A stretch of 64,000 nucleotides of DNA from an uncultured Gammaproteobacteria bacterium (GCA_964415615.1 CAYQAW010000001.1:40593-104592); one strand, 5' to 3'. Shown: positions 18,642 to 28,358, numbered from the stretch's first letter. Notes: generated by a model not told the origin, from the letters alone. Translations and numbers: made by a program.

Positions 18642-19145
18642 TTAAGGATTTCTATTAGTAGAAAGCGCAGCTCTAATTCTGGAAAGAGCTGGTGGTCTCA
18701 CTTTTACATCATGTTCCCCTAAAGTATTAACAACTGCTTGAACTATTCGACCAGTATTAATATCCGATATAAATTTTCCTTCAATACATTCATCAAATAA
18801 TCTAGTCTCCGGAGAATCAACAGATTTTATGTATTGATCTTCGAGAACTCGAAACTCATCAGCATTCATGGAACCAAGCTCGCATCCATCAACCTTAATC
18901 CTTCTTACACCCTCAATTTCAATCGAGACACCAGTTCTTGCAAAAGAATGCTTTTCGTTTTCTACTACAATGCAACCCTGCTTTTGACAGCCACCACAAA
19001 CCATATCTTCAGGAACTAAAACCTGTTTTGGAGGAGGCATTGTTGCTCTAATTAGAGGATAACCATTATCACCTTTGACAACTTTAAACTTAACTCCCTC
19101 TGCAGCTAATTTTGTCAGTTCATTATTATCTTCACGTTCTGGCAT
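18642..19145 (-). CDS. hypothetical Cys-containing protein encoded between recA and recX
   Basis: 167 aa: MPEREDNNELTKLAAEGVKFKVVKGDNGYPLIRATMPPPKQVLVPEDMVCGGCQKQGC...DGCELGS...DECIEGKF. I recognise no family. Confidence 0.45.
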   Translation of the reverse strand: MPEREDNNELTKLAAEGVKFKVVKGDNGYPLIRATMPPPKQVLVPEDMVCGGCQKQGCIVVENEKHSFARTGVSIEIEGVRRIKVDGCELGSMNADEFRVLEDQYIKSVDSPETRLFDECIEGKFISDINTGRIVQAVVNTLGEHDVKVRPPALSRIRAALSTNRNP

Positions 19146-19162
19146 ATCTTATATTGTAAATA

Positions 19163-20224
19163 TTAGCTTTCTTCTACCGAACCCTCTGCCTCTTCCTGTC
19201 CCACTACAATTTTTTCCTTACCATCTTTTTGTTTACCCCATGCATCTCTAACTTCTTTTTCTAACTTTTCAGCTTCTTTTTTGTTTTCTTTTAGATAAGC
19301 ACTGCTGGCAGCTCTACCTTGACCCAGTAATTTTTCACCCCATTTTATAAATGCTCCAGCTTTAGTTAAAATCTCCAGTTCTATTCCTACATCCAAAAGC
19401 TCTCCTTGATGTGATATACCATCTTCATTCATATCAAATTCTGCAATCCTAAATGGGGGAGCCACTTTATTTTTAACAACTTTTACCCTATGCCTTGAAC
19501 CTACTACCAAATCTCCTTCTTTAATATTTTCAATCTTTCTAATATCTAGTCTAACGGAGGAATAAAATTTCAAAGCCAGTCCTCCTGGAGTAGTCTCAGG
19601 ATTGCCAAACATCACTCCAATTTTTTGCCTTAGTTGATTTGTAAAAATAACAATTGTATTAGTATTAGAAACAGCTCCAGTTAACTTCCTTAGGGCTTGA
19701 GACATTAAACGGGCTTGCATACCCATGACAGAATCACCCATTTCTCCTTCTAACTCAGCTCTAGGAACTAGGGCTGCTACAGAATCTATCACCAAAATAT
19801 CTATTCCACCTGAACGGATTAAAGCCTCTGCAATTTCTAGGGCTTGTTCTCCCGTATCTGGCTGGGAAATAAGTAAATCATCTAAATTAACTCCAATTTT
19901 TTGAGCTCTTTGAGGATCAAGAGCGTGCTCTGCATCAACAAATGCAGCCACGCCACCTTTTTTTTGAGCTTCAGCAATTACATGAAGGCAAACACTGGTC
20001 TTACCGCTTGCTTCAGGACCAAAAATTTCAATAATTCTGCCTTTAGGTAAACCGCCTACACCTAATGCCAAATCTAACGCTATAGAACCTGTAGGAATTA
20101 TCTCTGTGGTAAACTTTTCAACTCTCTCACCCAAACGCATAATAGAACCTGTACCATACTGTTTTTGAATTTGTGCCATGGCTGCGGAGATTGCAGCTTT
20201 TTTAGCGTCATCATTTTGTGCCAT
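19163..20224 (-). CDS. recA: recombinase RecA
   Basis: Walker [36 protein letters not shown] and the L2 loop are present. A C-terminal acidic tail is also present. Confidence 0.95.
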   Translation of the reverse strand: MAQNDDAKKAAISAAMAQIQKQYGTGSIMRLGERVEKFTTEIIPTGSIALDLALGVGGLPKGRIIEIFGPEASGKTSVCLHVIAEAQKKGGVAAFVDAEHALDPQRAQKIGVNLDDLLISQPDTGEQALEIAEALIRSGGIDILVIDSVAALVPRAELEGEMGDSVMGMQARLMSQALRKLTGAVSNTNTIVIFTNQLRQKIGVMFGNPETTPGGLALKFYSSVRLDIRKIENIKEGDLVVGSRHRVKVVKNKVAPPFRIAEFDMNEDGISHQGELLDVGIELEILTKAGAFIKWGEKLLGQGRAASSAYLKENKKEAEKLEKEVRDAWGKQKDGKEKIVVGQEEAEGSVEES

Positions 20225-20297
20225 ACATTAACAATACCAAATATATCCCAAAGATCAATACCCCAAAATTACTCTGTATCAATGTATGGATACATAG

Positions 20298-20370
20298 TCG
20301 GGGTGACAAGAATTGAACTTGCTACATCCGCGACCCCATCGCGGCGGTCTACCGATGACCTACACCCCGT
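20298..20370 (-). tRNA. tRNA-Pro (anticodon GGG)
   Basis: The minus strand reads CGGGGTG-TA-GGTC-ATCGGTA-GACC-G-CCGCG-AT-GGG-GT-CGCGG-ATGT-GCAAG-TTCAATT-CTTGT-CACCCCG-A, a full cloverleaf with U33 and G37. CCA is not encoded. Confidence 0.8.
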
Positions 20371-20375
20371 AATTG

Positions 20376-20404
20376 TTGTATTTTACCATTCACCTCTTTA
20401 GAAT
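20376..20404 (+). promoter_or_regulatory. sigma-70-type promoter (TTGTAT-17-TAGAAT) for the EEP-family gene, giving a very short or leaderless mRNA
   Basis: The -35 box is at 20376-20381 and the -10 box at 20399-20404. The ATG is at 20414 and there is no Shine-Dalgarno. Confidence 0.4.
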
Positions 20405-20413
20405 ACCATTTAT

Positions 20414-21190
20414 ATGAAAATTATTTCCTTAAATACTTGGGGTGGAAAGATCTATCACCCTTTAATAAATTTTATAAACAAAAACGCAAAAGACACAGAT
20501 ATTTTCTGTTTTCAGGAAATATTTGATACAACCTCTGCCCTTACTGATGTTTTAGGATACAGAGTAAATTTATTCAAAGAAATTACTAAAGTCCTAATAA
20601 ATTACTCAGGATACTTTTTCCCATGTATAGATAATTATTTAGTTGGAAGTTTTCAAAAACATTTTACAGATTTTAACCTCTCTTCAGGGTTGGCAATATT
20701 TGTCAAAAAATCTTTAAAAATAACCTCTTCCGGAGATTTCTTTGTTTATAGAAAGAAAAATGATCACAAGTTGGGAGATTTTAATACAATGCCAAAAAAT
20801 GCACAATATATTAGTTTATCTGCTGCAGGAAAACAATTTGTTATTTGTAATATTCACGGTCTCTGGAGTACTGAGGGAAAATATGATACTCCTTCTCGTA
20901 TTCAACAATCTCAAAAGGTTGAAAAGTTTTTAGATGATCAAAAAGGCGGAAAAATTTTGTGTGGGGATTTGAATTTAGCATTAAATACTCGAAGCTTAAA
21001 AATATTAGAAGAAAATATGACCAATTTAATCAAAAAATATAATATTCCTACAACTAGAAACAAACATTTCCCAGGTATGGAAAAATTTGCAGATTATACT
21101 TTTGTATCTCCCGATGTAAAAGTTATAGACTTTCAAGTACCTGATATTGAAATTTCTGATCATCTACCCATGATTTTGGAGTTTTCTTAA
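20414..21190 (+). CDS. endonuclease/exonuclease/phosphatase (EEP) family protein
   Basis: MKIISLNTWGG...DIFCFQEI N-terminal motif and a C-terminal SDHLP motif, both typical of the EEP fold. Confidence 0.7.
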   Translation: MKIISLNTWGGKIYHPLINFINKNAKDTDIFCFQEIFDTTSALTDVLGYRVNLFKEITKVLINYSGYFFPCIDNYLVGSFQKHFTDFNLSSGLAIFVKKSLKITSSGDFFVYRKKNDHKLGDFNTMPKNAQYISLSAAGKQFVICNIHGLWSTEGKYDTPSRIQQSQKVEKFLDDQKGGKILCGDLNLALNTRSLKILEENMTNLIKKYNIPTTRNKHFPGMEKFADYTFVSPDVKVIDFQVPDIEISDHLPMILEFS

Positions 21191-22302
21191 ACTATTTTTT
21201 CCCAGGGGAATTCATCTCGGCCAAAGTGACCATAAGCTGCTGTTGGCAAATATATCGGCCTTTGCAAATCTAAGCCTTTTAATATTCCTGAAACTGATGT
21301 ATCTAAAATTTTCTGCATAAAAGATAGAATTACTTTGTGTGATTTTTTATTAGTCCCGAAAGTTTCTACATCCTGCATAGTAGGTTTCCTAGCTCCTATA
21401 AAATAGGCAAGTCTTACTTCTGCTTTGTCTGCCAGTTTTGCAGCTACAATATTTTTTGCCAAGAATCTGGCAGCATAAGCACCAGATCTGTCCACTTTTG
21501 TTGGATCCTTCCCGGAAAAAGCTCCTCCACCCACTCTGGCATAACCTCCATAACCATCAACTACTATCTTTCTACCAGTCAGTCCACAATCAGCAGCAGG
21601 ACCACCATGATGCCAAACCCCTGTCCCATTAACAATTATTTTATCCTTTTTGATTTTAAATCCATAAACATCTAAAACAGGTATTACTACTGACTGATAA
21701 ATATCATCTTTAACTTTATTCAAATTAACAGATTCCTCATGTGGAATAGCAATAACAACTTGAGTGACTTTATATGGCTTGCCGTCTCTATACTCAATTG
21801 TTACTTGAGACTTCCCATCAGGCCTTAAATATTTAACAATTTTCTCTTCTCTGGCTTGATCCATTCTTTTAGTTAGAGCGTGAGCCATGGTAATAGGCAG
21901 AGGCATCAGGCAAGTTGTTTCTCTGCAGGCATATCCAAACATCATTCCCTGATCTCCGGCTCCTTTTTTATCAACACCAACTCCAATTTCAGGAGATTGT
22001 TCGTGAATATGAACCTCTATTGATGATTTGTGAGAAAAATCATAAGTTGGATCTGTATAGCCTAATCTTTTAATTTGATCTCTGGCAACCTGCCCGTAAT
22101 CCACCCTGGCATGAGCAGTAATCTCCCCGGAAATTACTACTCTGTTAAACCCTGCCAAGACCTCGCAAGCCACATGACCAAATCTATCCTTAGTTAAAAC
22201 TGCATCAACAACTGCATCAGAGATAGCATCACAAATTTTATCCGGGTGACCAGAACAAACTGATTCTGAAGTAAATGTTGTTACACCGTTAGTTTTAATC
22301 AT
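21187..22302 (-). CDS. metK: S-adenosylmethionine synthetase
   Basis: FTSESVCSGHPDKICDAISDAVVDAVL and GGGAFSGKDPTKVDRSGAYAAR are present. The start is set at MIKTNG because the upstream 21 codons overlap the riboswitch terminator. Confidence 0.9.
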   Translation of the reverse strand: MIKTNGVTTFTSESVCSGHPDKICDAISDAVVDAVLTKDRFGHVACEVLAGFNRVVISGEITAHARVDYGQVARDQIKRLGYTDPTYDFSHKSSIEVHIHEQSPEIGVGVDKKGAGDQGMMFGYACRETTCLMPLPITMAHALTKRMDQAREEKIVKYLRPDGKSQVTIEYRDGKPYKVTQVVIAIPHEESVNLNKVKDDIYQSVVIPVLDVYGFKIKKDKIIVNGTGVWHHGGPAADCGLTGRKIVVDGYGGYARVGGGAFSGKDPTKVDRSGAYAARFLAKNIVAAKLADKAEVRLAYFIGARKPTMQDVETFGTNKKSHKVILSFMQKILDTSVSGILKGLDLQRPIYLPTAAYGHFGRDEFPWEKIV

Positions 22303-22305
22303 AAA

Positions 22306-22435
22306 AAACCTCTCAAAAAAATATGAGAGGTTTACAGTTTGTCCGACATTAAGTCGAGACCACATCTTCCTCTCAGGAATCTGGCACCTTAGGCTTTAAG
22401 GTTGCCGGTCGCCTAGGCGACTCTCTTGATGTATT
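22306..22435 (-). promoter_or_regulatory. SAM-I (S-box) riboswitch with intrinsic terminator, controlling metK
   Basis: The minus strand reads ACATCAAGAGAGTCGCCTAGGCGACCGGCAACCTTAAAGCCTAAGGTGCCAGATTCCTGAGAGGAAGATGT, with AUCAAGAGNGG, GGCAACC and AAGGUGCCAAAUUCC blocks and a closing P1. It is followed by the terminator AACCTCTCA-(9 nt)-TGAGAGGTTTTTT directly before the ATG. Confidence 0.8.
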
Positions 22436-22481
22436 TATTATTTAACCATAACTACTTTATTTTGACAAGTCCTCAAAAATT

Positions 22482-23876
22482 TTAGTGACCACTCATATCC
22501 CAATCTTTACTAACTTTTTCAAATCTATCTAGTTTACCTTTCATAATTTCTTTTAATCTTTCCAACTCACTATCATCTTTAGCTTCAAACCTTAAAACCA
22601 GTGTAGGAGTATTGGAGGAAGCCCTTACTAATGCCCAACCTTTATCTGTATAAACCCTGGCTCCATTAATATCTATTACTTTATAACCTTCTGCTTTAAA
22701 TTCAGAAGTCAGCTCATCAACAATATCATATTTATCTTCATCTGTGGTTTTAACTTGAATAGTAGGAGTAGAAATATAATAAGGCGTACCATCAACAATT
22801 TCTGATAGTGGTTTATTTTGTGTTGCCAAATACTCTAAAAGTTTTAAGGCAGCAATCATGCTGTCATCAAAACCATAATAGCCATCTGCAAAAAAGATGT
22901 GTCCGCTCATCTCTCCCGCCAATGCTGCTTTTTCTTCATGCATTTTGGCTTTAATGTGCGAGTGACCAGTCTTCCACATGATTGGTATTCCACCATGAGC
23001 TTTGATATCCTCCGGTAAGGCCTCTGAAACTTTAACATCAAAAATTATTTTTGCTCCAGGTCTTTTTGACAAAACCAATCTTGATAGTAAAATCATATAA
23101 CGGTCTGGCCAAATAATATTCCCCTTTTCATCAACCAATCCTAACCTGTCTCCGTCACCATCAAAGGCAAACCCTAAATCACACTTATTTTTGATAGTTT
23201 GTTTAGCAGTATCCTCCATCATGGCAGTCCCATCTGGGTTAGGGGTATAGTTTGGGTAAGTTGGGTCAACATTAGTAAAATGCTCAACTACCTCGCATCC
23301 AGCATCTCTTAAGATATCTGGAACAAAAAGTCCAGCAGTACCATTACCGGTATTTACCAAAACTTTAAACTTCTTTTTAATATCAACTTTGGAAACTAAA
23401 TCCTGTTTGTAAGCCTCAGATACATCTTCTTTTCTGATTGTACCTTTACCATCCACAAAATCTTCTTTAGCTATAATATTGTAGACTTCTTGAAGTTCAT
23501 CAGTTAAAAGTGTATAGGAAAAATCTGATCCCAGTTTTACTCCATTCCATCCTGCTGGATTATGAGAAGCTGTTACAGTGAGTAAACCTTTAATTTTTAA
23601 ATGATATTGAGACCAATAGCCCATTGGGGTAGTGACAGTTCCTGTATCAATAACATTGATGCCACTTTCAGTTAAACCTTTAATTACAGCTTTGTGAAAA
23701 CTTTCAGAAGTGCCTCTAGCATCATGTCCTACTACTGCTTCTGCAATGTCCCGCTTTTGCAAAAATGCCCCAAAACCTCTACCGATATAGTACATGGAAT
23801 CTTCATTTAATTCATCAGGTGCTTCGCGACCGCGCATATCATATTCGCGGAACATGGTTTTTTTCAGTATTGGCAT
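22482..23876 (-). CDS. phosphomannomutase/phosphoglucomutase family protein
   Basis: Active-site TASHNPAGWNGVKL, metal loop DGDGDRLGLVD and sugar loop GEMSGH are present. Confidence 0.8.
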   Translation of the reverse strand: MPILKKTMFREYDMRGREAPDELNEDSMYYIGRGFGAFLQKRDIAEAVVGHDARGTSESFHKAVIKGLTESGINVIDTGTVTTPMGYWSQYHLKIKGLLTVTASHNPAGWNGVKLGSDFSYTLLTDELQEVYNIIAKEDFVDGKGTIRKEDVSEAYKQDLVSKVDIKKKFKVLVNTGNGTAGLFVPDILRDAGCEVVEHFTNVDPTYPNYTPNPDGTAMMEDTAKQTIKNKCDLGFAFDGDGDRLGLVDEKGNIIWPDRYMILLSRLVLSKRPGAKIIFDVKVSEALPEDIKAHGGIPIMWKTGHSHIKAKMHEEKAALAGEMSGHIFFADGYYGFDDSMIAALKLLEYLATQNKPLSEIVDGTPYYISTPTIQVKTTDEDKYDIVDELTSEFKAEGYKVIDINGARVYTDKGWALVRASSNTPTLVLRFEAKDDSELERLKEIMKGKLDRFEKVSKDWDMSGH

Positions 23877-23945
23877 ATATTTTGTGAAGAATGTAAATAT
23901 ACCTGACTTTTAATCTAAATTCAACTGTCTGCCTGGCTTTTTAGT

Positions 23946-23988
23946 AAAAAAATCCCTAGGTGTCCTATCTGAACCACACCCCAGGTGG
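23946..23988 (-). terminator. putative rho-independent terminator between the small ORF and the phosphohexomutase gene
   Basis: The minus strand reads CCUGGGGUGUGG-UUCAGAUAGG-ACACCUAGG followed by GAUUUUUUU. Confidence 0.4.
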
Positions 23989-24000
23989 AGTAATGCAGAG

Positions 24001-24195
24001 CTATTTCATTTCCCATTCTGCTAAAACAAGGTCCCATTTCCGTCTATCCAGCATATGAGAACTTGTCAGCACATCTATATCTTCTCCTGTAATATCCTCT
24101 TTTATCCCAGCCTTTTCAAGATCAGCTTTTAATTTCCACAAATTTACCGGTTGGAAAGGTTTTAAATTTGAATATGCTGCTCTAGTAAGCCTCAT
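24001..24195 (-). CDS. small hypothetical protein, possibly the C-terminal part of a frameshifted gene of about 100 aa
   Basis: 64-aa ORF. A 35-aa ORF (MVDILYDSSGRSEEQLRGLNRADM...) lies just upstream in another frame. I recognise no family. Confidence 0.3.
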   Translation of the reverse strand: MRLTRAAYSNLKPFQPVNLWKLKADLEKAGIKEDITGEDIDVLTSSHMLDRRKWDLVLAEWEMK

Positions 24196-24316
24196 AGCTT
24201 CTACTAAAGATTGAGGCTTAATTGCACCAAATAGACGGTCATATCCGCTCTATTAAGCCCTCTTAGTTGCTCCTCACTTCTTCCAGAACTATCGTAAAGT
24301 ATATCTACCATTTAAA

Positions 24317-24706
24317 TTACCTCTTTGGAGATTGCTTCTTCGCTCTCGCTTTTTGGGCATTACCGTATTTTCTTCTCTCTTTAACCCTAGCATCCCTGGT
24401 TAATAATCCTTCTTTTTTCAGAGTAGTCCTTAAATCTGGACTGACCTTGGCAATAGCCCTGGAAATTCCATGAATTACTGCTCCCAGTTGAGAAACCTGC
24501 CCCCCACCTGCTACTTTGACTGAAATTGTATATTTTCCTGCTGTTTTAGTCACATCTAAAGGCCTATTGTAATGTTTTTGTACCACCAGTCCTAGAAAAT
24601 ATTCTGAAATGGGTTTGCCATTAACAGTCATCTGGCCTTTACCGTCTGATAACCTAACCCTTGCTACAGCTTCTTTTCTTCTGCCAACAGTAGAAATAGT
24701 ATTCAT
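24317..24706 (-). CDS. rpsI: 30S ribosomal protein S9
   Basis: [12 protein letters not shown]...[27 protein letters not shown]. Confidence 0.92.
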   Translation of the reverse strand: MNTISTVGRRKEAVARVRLSDGKGQMTVNGKPISEYFLGLVVQKHYNRPLDVTKTAGKYTISVKVAGGGQVSQLGAVIHGISRAIAKVSPDLRTTLKKEGLLTRDARVKERRKYGNAQKARAKKQSPKR

Positions 24707-25095
24707 TTAGCTTCTCCTGCAAATACCTTTAATTTTTTGATCATCTGCCTGCCTAATCTATTGCGAGGAAGCATACCTTTGACAGCATGTTCAATAATAT
24801 ATTCCGGTTTACTGGTTAAAACTTTATCAAAAGTTTCTACCCGCAATCCTCCAGGATAACCTGAATGGCGGGTGTAAGTTTTTTCTTTCATCTTTTTACC
24901 TGTTACTTTAACTTGGCTGGCATTGGTTACCACCACAAAGTCTCCTGTATCCAGATATGGCACAAAGCTAGGTTTGTTTTTACCCATTAAAATTTTTGCC
25001 AACTCAGTAGCAAGTCTTCCTAAAACTTTCCCACTAGCATCTATTACATGCTTTTCTCTCTTTATATCTTTAGCTGATATTACATTAGTGCTCAT
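24703..25095 (-). CDS. rplM: 50S ribosomal protein L13
   Basis: [35 protein letters not shown]...[10 protein letters not shown]. Confidence 0.92.
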   Translation of the reverse strand: MSTNVISAKDIKREKHVIDASGKVLGRLATELAKILMGKNKPSFVPYLDTGDFVVVTNASQVKVTGKKMKEKTYTRHSGYPGGLRVETFDKVLTSKPEYIIEHAVKGMLPRNRLGRQMIKKLKVFAGEAK

Positions 25096-25119
25096 AAATT
25101 AGGGGCTAGTTACTAGAGT

Positions 25120-25575
25120 CTAGTGACTAGGTTTTTTCTCCCTTTTCTTATTAGCAGGTTTCTTTATTTCTGCATTTACTTCTTTTTTATCTTCTTTTCT
25201 TGACTCTAGACTCTTGACTCTAGACTCTTTTTTGGTTGGCTTTAACTGCTCTGCTCCAATTAAGCTCATTTTCACCATAGTAGCCTGATCTCCCTGTCTT
25301 GGCCCCATTCTTACTGTACTAGTAAACCCGGATGTTTTATTTCCTAATTTTGGCAGTATTTCTTTTATCTTTTCTTTTAATTCCTTGTCTGAAGAGAATG
25401 AGTCTTTCTTAACTGAATTGATGATTTTATCAACTAATCCTTTAATTGATTTTGCCTTAGATTCCGAAGTTTGAATAGTACCGTGTAAAAACAGCGACCG
25501 CACCAATGTTTTAAAGAGTGCTTGACGCTGACCTATATCTCTTCCCAGGTGTTTGCCATAAACTCTATGCCTCAC
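25120..25575 (-). CDS. rplQ: 50S ribosomal protein L17 with a Lys/Ser-rich C-terminal extension
   Basis: MRHRVYGKHLGRDIGQRQALFKTLVRSLFLHG. The tail contains a 14-nt tandem duplication (25198-25225). Confidence 0.9.
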   Translation of the reverse strand: MRHRVYGKHLGRDIGQRQALFKTLVRSLFLHGTIQTSESKAKSIKGLVDKIINSVKKDSFSSDKELKEKIKEILPKLGNKTSGFTSTVRMGPRQGDQATMVKMSLIGAEQLKPTKKESRVKSLESRKEDKKEVNAEIKKPANKKREKKPSH

Positions 25576-26470
25576 GAAGAGTCAACCCCCTCTCAGTCAG
25601 CTTCTCTGATATTAAGCTGATAGATTTAGCTCCTAAGTTCTTTGCTTTTAATAACTGTTGTCTTGGAGTATTTATTAAATCCTCTATAGTGTTAATTTCT
25701 ATAGCTTTCAGAGCATTGGTTATTCTGACAGGTAGATCAAGCTCTTCTATAGTCAATTTTAAAGTCTCTTCAGAAATCTTGGGTTCAGTCTCTTCTGTCT
25801 CTTCTTCCAATTCTGGTTCGTAAACTTTACGGAAAGATTCTGACAAAATTTTTGCAGCTGAATTTACCGCTCCCAGAGGAGTCAGCGCTCCAGTAGTTGT
25901 AACATTTAGTATTAATTTATCAAAATCTGTCCTTCTCCCTACTCTGGTCGGTTCAACACTGTAATTTACCGATACAACTGGACTAAACAAAGCATCAATA
26001 GGAATTACACCAATTTCATTTATTTTGCGCTCCTCTGCCACTGAATAACCTTTACCTTGGCAAGCTTCCATTTCAATATTAAGCTTAGATTTTACATCTG
26101 TTAAAGTAGCAATGTGTTGGTCTGGATTTGCAATTTCTCCATCTCCTTCAATTACCAAATCCTTTGCCTTAATCTCTTTTTTACCTGATGTTTTTAAAGA
26201 TAGTTTTATTGGTTTATCCGAATGTACGCTTAAGCGAATTTTTTTAATATTTAGAATAATCTCAATTACATCCTCCAACACTCCATCAATGGTAGAAAAT
26301 TGATGGGCTACCCCATCAATTTTGGCTGAAGTAATTGCAGCTCCTGGCAAAGATGCCAGCAGTACTCGTCTTAGGCCATTGCCTAAAGTATGACCAAAAC
26401 CTGCCTCAAGAGGCTCTATAGAAATAATCGCAAAATTTTCTCTTTCTACTTCTGTTTTTATTTTAAACAT
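25565..26470 (-). CDS. rpoA: DNA-directed RNA polymerase subunit alpha
   Basis: IEPLEAGFGHTLGNGLRRVLLASLPGAAITSAKIDGVAHQFSTIDGV and the C-terminal CTD are present. The start is taken at the internal MFKIK to avoid a 23-nt overlap with rpsD. Confidence 0.9.
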   Translation of the reverse strand: MFKIKTEVERENFAIISIEPLEAGFGHTLGNGLRRVLLASLPGAAITSAKIDGVAHQFSTIDGVLEDVIEIILNIKKIRLSVHSDKPIKLSLKTSGKKEIKAKDLVIEGDGEIANPDQHIATLTDVKSKLNIEMEACQGKGYSVAEERKINEIGVIPIDALFSPVVSVNYSVEPTRVGRRTDFDKLILNVTTTGALTPLGAVNSAAKILSESFRKVYEPELEEETEETEPKISEETLKLTIEELDLPVRITNALKAIEINTIEDLINTPRQQLLKAKNLGAKSISLISEKLTERGLTLREA

Positions 26471-26477
26471 ATCAGTC

Positions 26478-27080
26478 CTATCTGGAATAAAACTCAACAA
26501 TCAATTGTTCGTCAATTGATTTCTCCATCTCGTCTCTATTGGGAATTCTTAAAACCTTGCCTACTGTAGCCTGTCTTTCAAGCCACTCTGGCAAGGTCTG
26601 AGACTCTTCCAAACTCTTTTTAACTTGTGTATTATCTCTCATTTTGGGAGATATTTCAATAGTCTGATTAATACCCACTTTAAAAGATGGTATTGTCACT
26701 TTTTTACCATCTACTTTAACATGGCCATGACTCACCAATTGTCTTGCACCATTACGGCTACTGGCAAACATCAACCGATATACTACATTATCAAGTCTTG
26801 TTTCCAAAGCCTGTAGCAAAACCAAACCTGTTGCGCCTTTAATCCGCGAGGCTTGATCAAAATACCGTCTAAATTGTTTCTCCAGCATACCAAAAATTCT
26901 TTTTGCTTTCTGTTTTTCCCGAAGCTGAACTCCATATTCTGATGTTCTTCGTCTTCTACCCAATCCGTGCTGTCCTGGCGGTATGACCCCTTTTTTTTCT
27001 AATGCTTTTACATCTTTTGCATAAAGAGCAATCCCTTCTCTTCTTGATAATCTTCTTTTCGGTCCGGTATATCTAGCCAT
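26478..27080 (-). CDS. rpsD: 30S ribosomal protein S4
   Basis: [16 protein letters not shown]... Confidence 0.93.
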   Translation of the reverse strand: MARYTGPKRRLSRREGIALYAKDVKALEKKGVIPPGQHGLGRRRRTSEYGVQLREKQKAKRIFGMLEKQFRRYFDQASRIKGATGLVLLQALETRLDNVVYRLMFASSRNGARQLVSHGHVKVDGKKVTIPSFKVGINQTIEISPKMRDNTQVKKSLEESQTLPEWLERQATVGKVLRIPNRDEMEKSIDEQLIVEFYSR

Positions 27081-27475
27081 TAAACCCTTCTCCTTTTTTT
27101 GGGTCTCGGACCATTATGTGGAATTGGGGTCACATCAGCAATCATAGTGATATTAATACCCGAACTTCTCAACGCTTTAATCGTAGCATCTCTACCTGAC
27201 CCAGGTCCTTTAATATATACCTCAACAGCACTAAGTCCCATCTCTTTACCTTTTTGGGCAACTTTTTCCATAGCAGAAATTGCAGCAAATGGTGTGGCTT
27301 TTCTGGCTCCTTTGAAACCTGATGCACCTGAGGTACTCCAAGCCAAAATATTGCCCGAAGGATCTGTTAATGTTACTAGGGTATTATTAAAAGTTGCAGT
27401 CACATATACCCTGCCATTGGTAATTTTTTTCTCTACTTTTTTTACTGCTTTAGTTTTAATCTGTCTTTTAGCCAC
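27080..27475 (-). CDS. rpsK: 30S ribosomal protein S11
   Basis: [22 protein letters not shown]...[13 protein letters not shown]. Confidence 0.93.
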   Translation of the reverse strand: MAKRQIKTKAVKKVEKKITNGRVYVTATFNNTLVTLTDPSGNILAWSTSGASGFKGARKATPFAAISAMEKVAQKGKEMGLSAVEVYIKGPGSGRDATIKALRSSGINITMIADVTPIPHNGPRPKKRRRV

Positions 27476-27893
27476 CTTTACCTCCTGTACTTGCTGCCAT
27501 TACTGGTCCGCCTGTTTTTGCTACTACTTCTTTTCTAACAGTACCAACAGTCTTTCTCTTGCCTCTTTTAGTTCTAGCATTAGACCTGGTCCTCTGACCT
27601 CTTGATGGTAAACCTTTACGGTGTCTTAATCCCCTATAACTGCCAATTTCTTCCAGTCTTTTAATATTCTGTTCAATTTCTTGTCTTAAATCACCCTCTA
27701 CCTTAAATTTCTCAACAGCTTTTTGTATTTTACCAACCTCTTCCTCAGTAAGATCCTTAATTCTTTTAGCTCCGTCCACTGATGTTTCCTTGATAACTTT
27801 GACTACATTTGATCTGCCTATACCAAAGATATAAGTTAAACCAATATCAACTCTTTTATTTTCCGTTAAATCTACCCCTGCAATACGCGCCAT
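27468..27893 (-). CDS. rpsM: 30S ribosomal protein S13
   Basis: [29 protein letters not shown]. The start is set at MARIAGV. Confidence 0.92.
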   Translation of the reverse strand: MARIAGVDLTENKRVDIGLTYIFGIGRSNVVKVIKETSVDGAKRIKDLTEEEVGKIQKAVEKFKVEGDLRQEIEQNIKRLEEIGSYRGLRHRKGLPSRGQRTRSNARTKRGKRKTVGTVRKEVVAKTGGPVMAASTGGKGG

Positions 27894-27947
27894 ATTAAAA
27901 CTTTCTTCCAAATTGTAAATTGTAAATTGTAAATTGTAAATTCATAA

Positions 27948-28064
27948 TTATCCTTGTCTTTGTTTGTGCCTCGGATCACGAGGGCAAATCACATACAACA
28001 TGCCTTCACGCTTAACGATTTTACAAAACTTACACCTTGCTTTAATTGATGCTTGTACTTTCAT
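27948..28064 (-). CDS. rpmJ: 50S ribosomal protein L36 (zinc-binding form)
   Basis: Manual [41 protein letters not shown]. It is too short for the ORF track. Confidence 0.9.
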   Translation of the reverse strand: MKVQASIKARCKFCKIVKREGMLYVICPRDPRHKQRQG

Positions 28065-28067
28065 AAA

Positions 28068-28313
28068 TTACTTTAATCTAAAAGTTATTCTGCCTTTATC
28101 CAAATCATATTTTGGACTCATCTCTATCCTCACCCGATCGCCTTCTAAAAGTCTAATATAATGCATCCTCATCTTGCCTGATATATGACATAAAATCACT
28201 CTCCCCAAAAGCTCTGGTAAATCAACGCTTCTATCAATCTCTACTCTAAATAAAGTATTCGGCAAAACCTCTTTGACTTTACCTTCTACTAGAGTAACAT
28301 CTTGTGTCTGCAT
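28068..28313 (-). CDS. infA: translation initiation factor IF-1
   Basis: [51 protein letters not shown]. Confidence 0.93.
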   Translation of the reverse strand: MQTQDVTLVEGKVKEVLPNTLFRVEIDRSVDLPELLGRVILCHISGKMRMHYIRLLEGDRVRIEMSPKYDLDKGRITFRLK

Positions 28314-28358
28314 AGATAATTTTTTCAGCTAAGCTATTTTAGCAGAACTAGCTTCGTA

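Noticed and set aside
20165-20401. 78-aa plus-strand ORF
   Set aside because: It overlaps the recA start, the tRNA-Pro gene and the promoter of the EEP gene. It is an antisense artefact.
25105-25136. Hairpin CTAGTTACTAG-AG-TCTAGTGACTAG followed by T6, at the rplQ stop and rplM start
   Set aside because: It would be a terminator only on the plus, antisense strand, where there is no gene to terminate. On the sense strand it lacks a U-run. It is probably fortuitous, or at most a weak antisense terminator.
28314-28358. Short inverted repeat AGCTA...TAGCT between map and infA
   Set aside because: It has only 5 bp of pairing. That is too weak to call a structured element.
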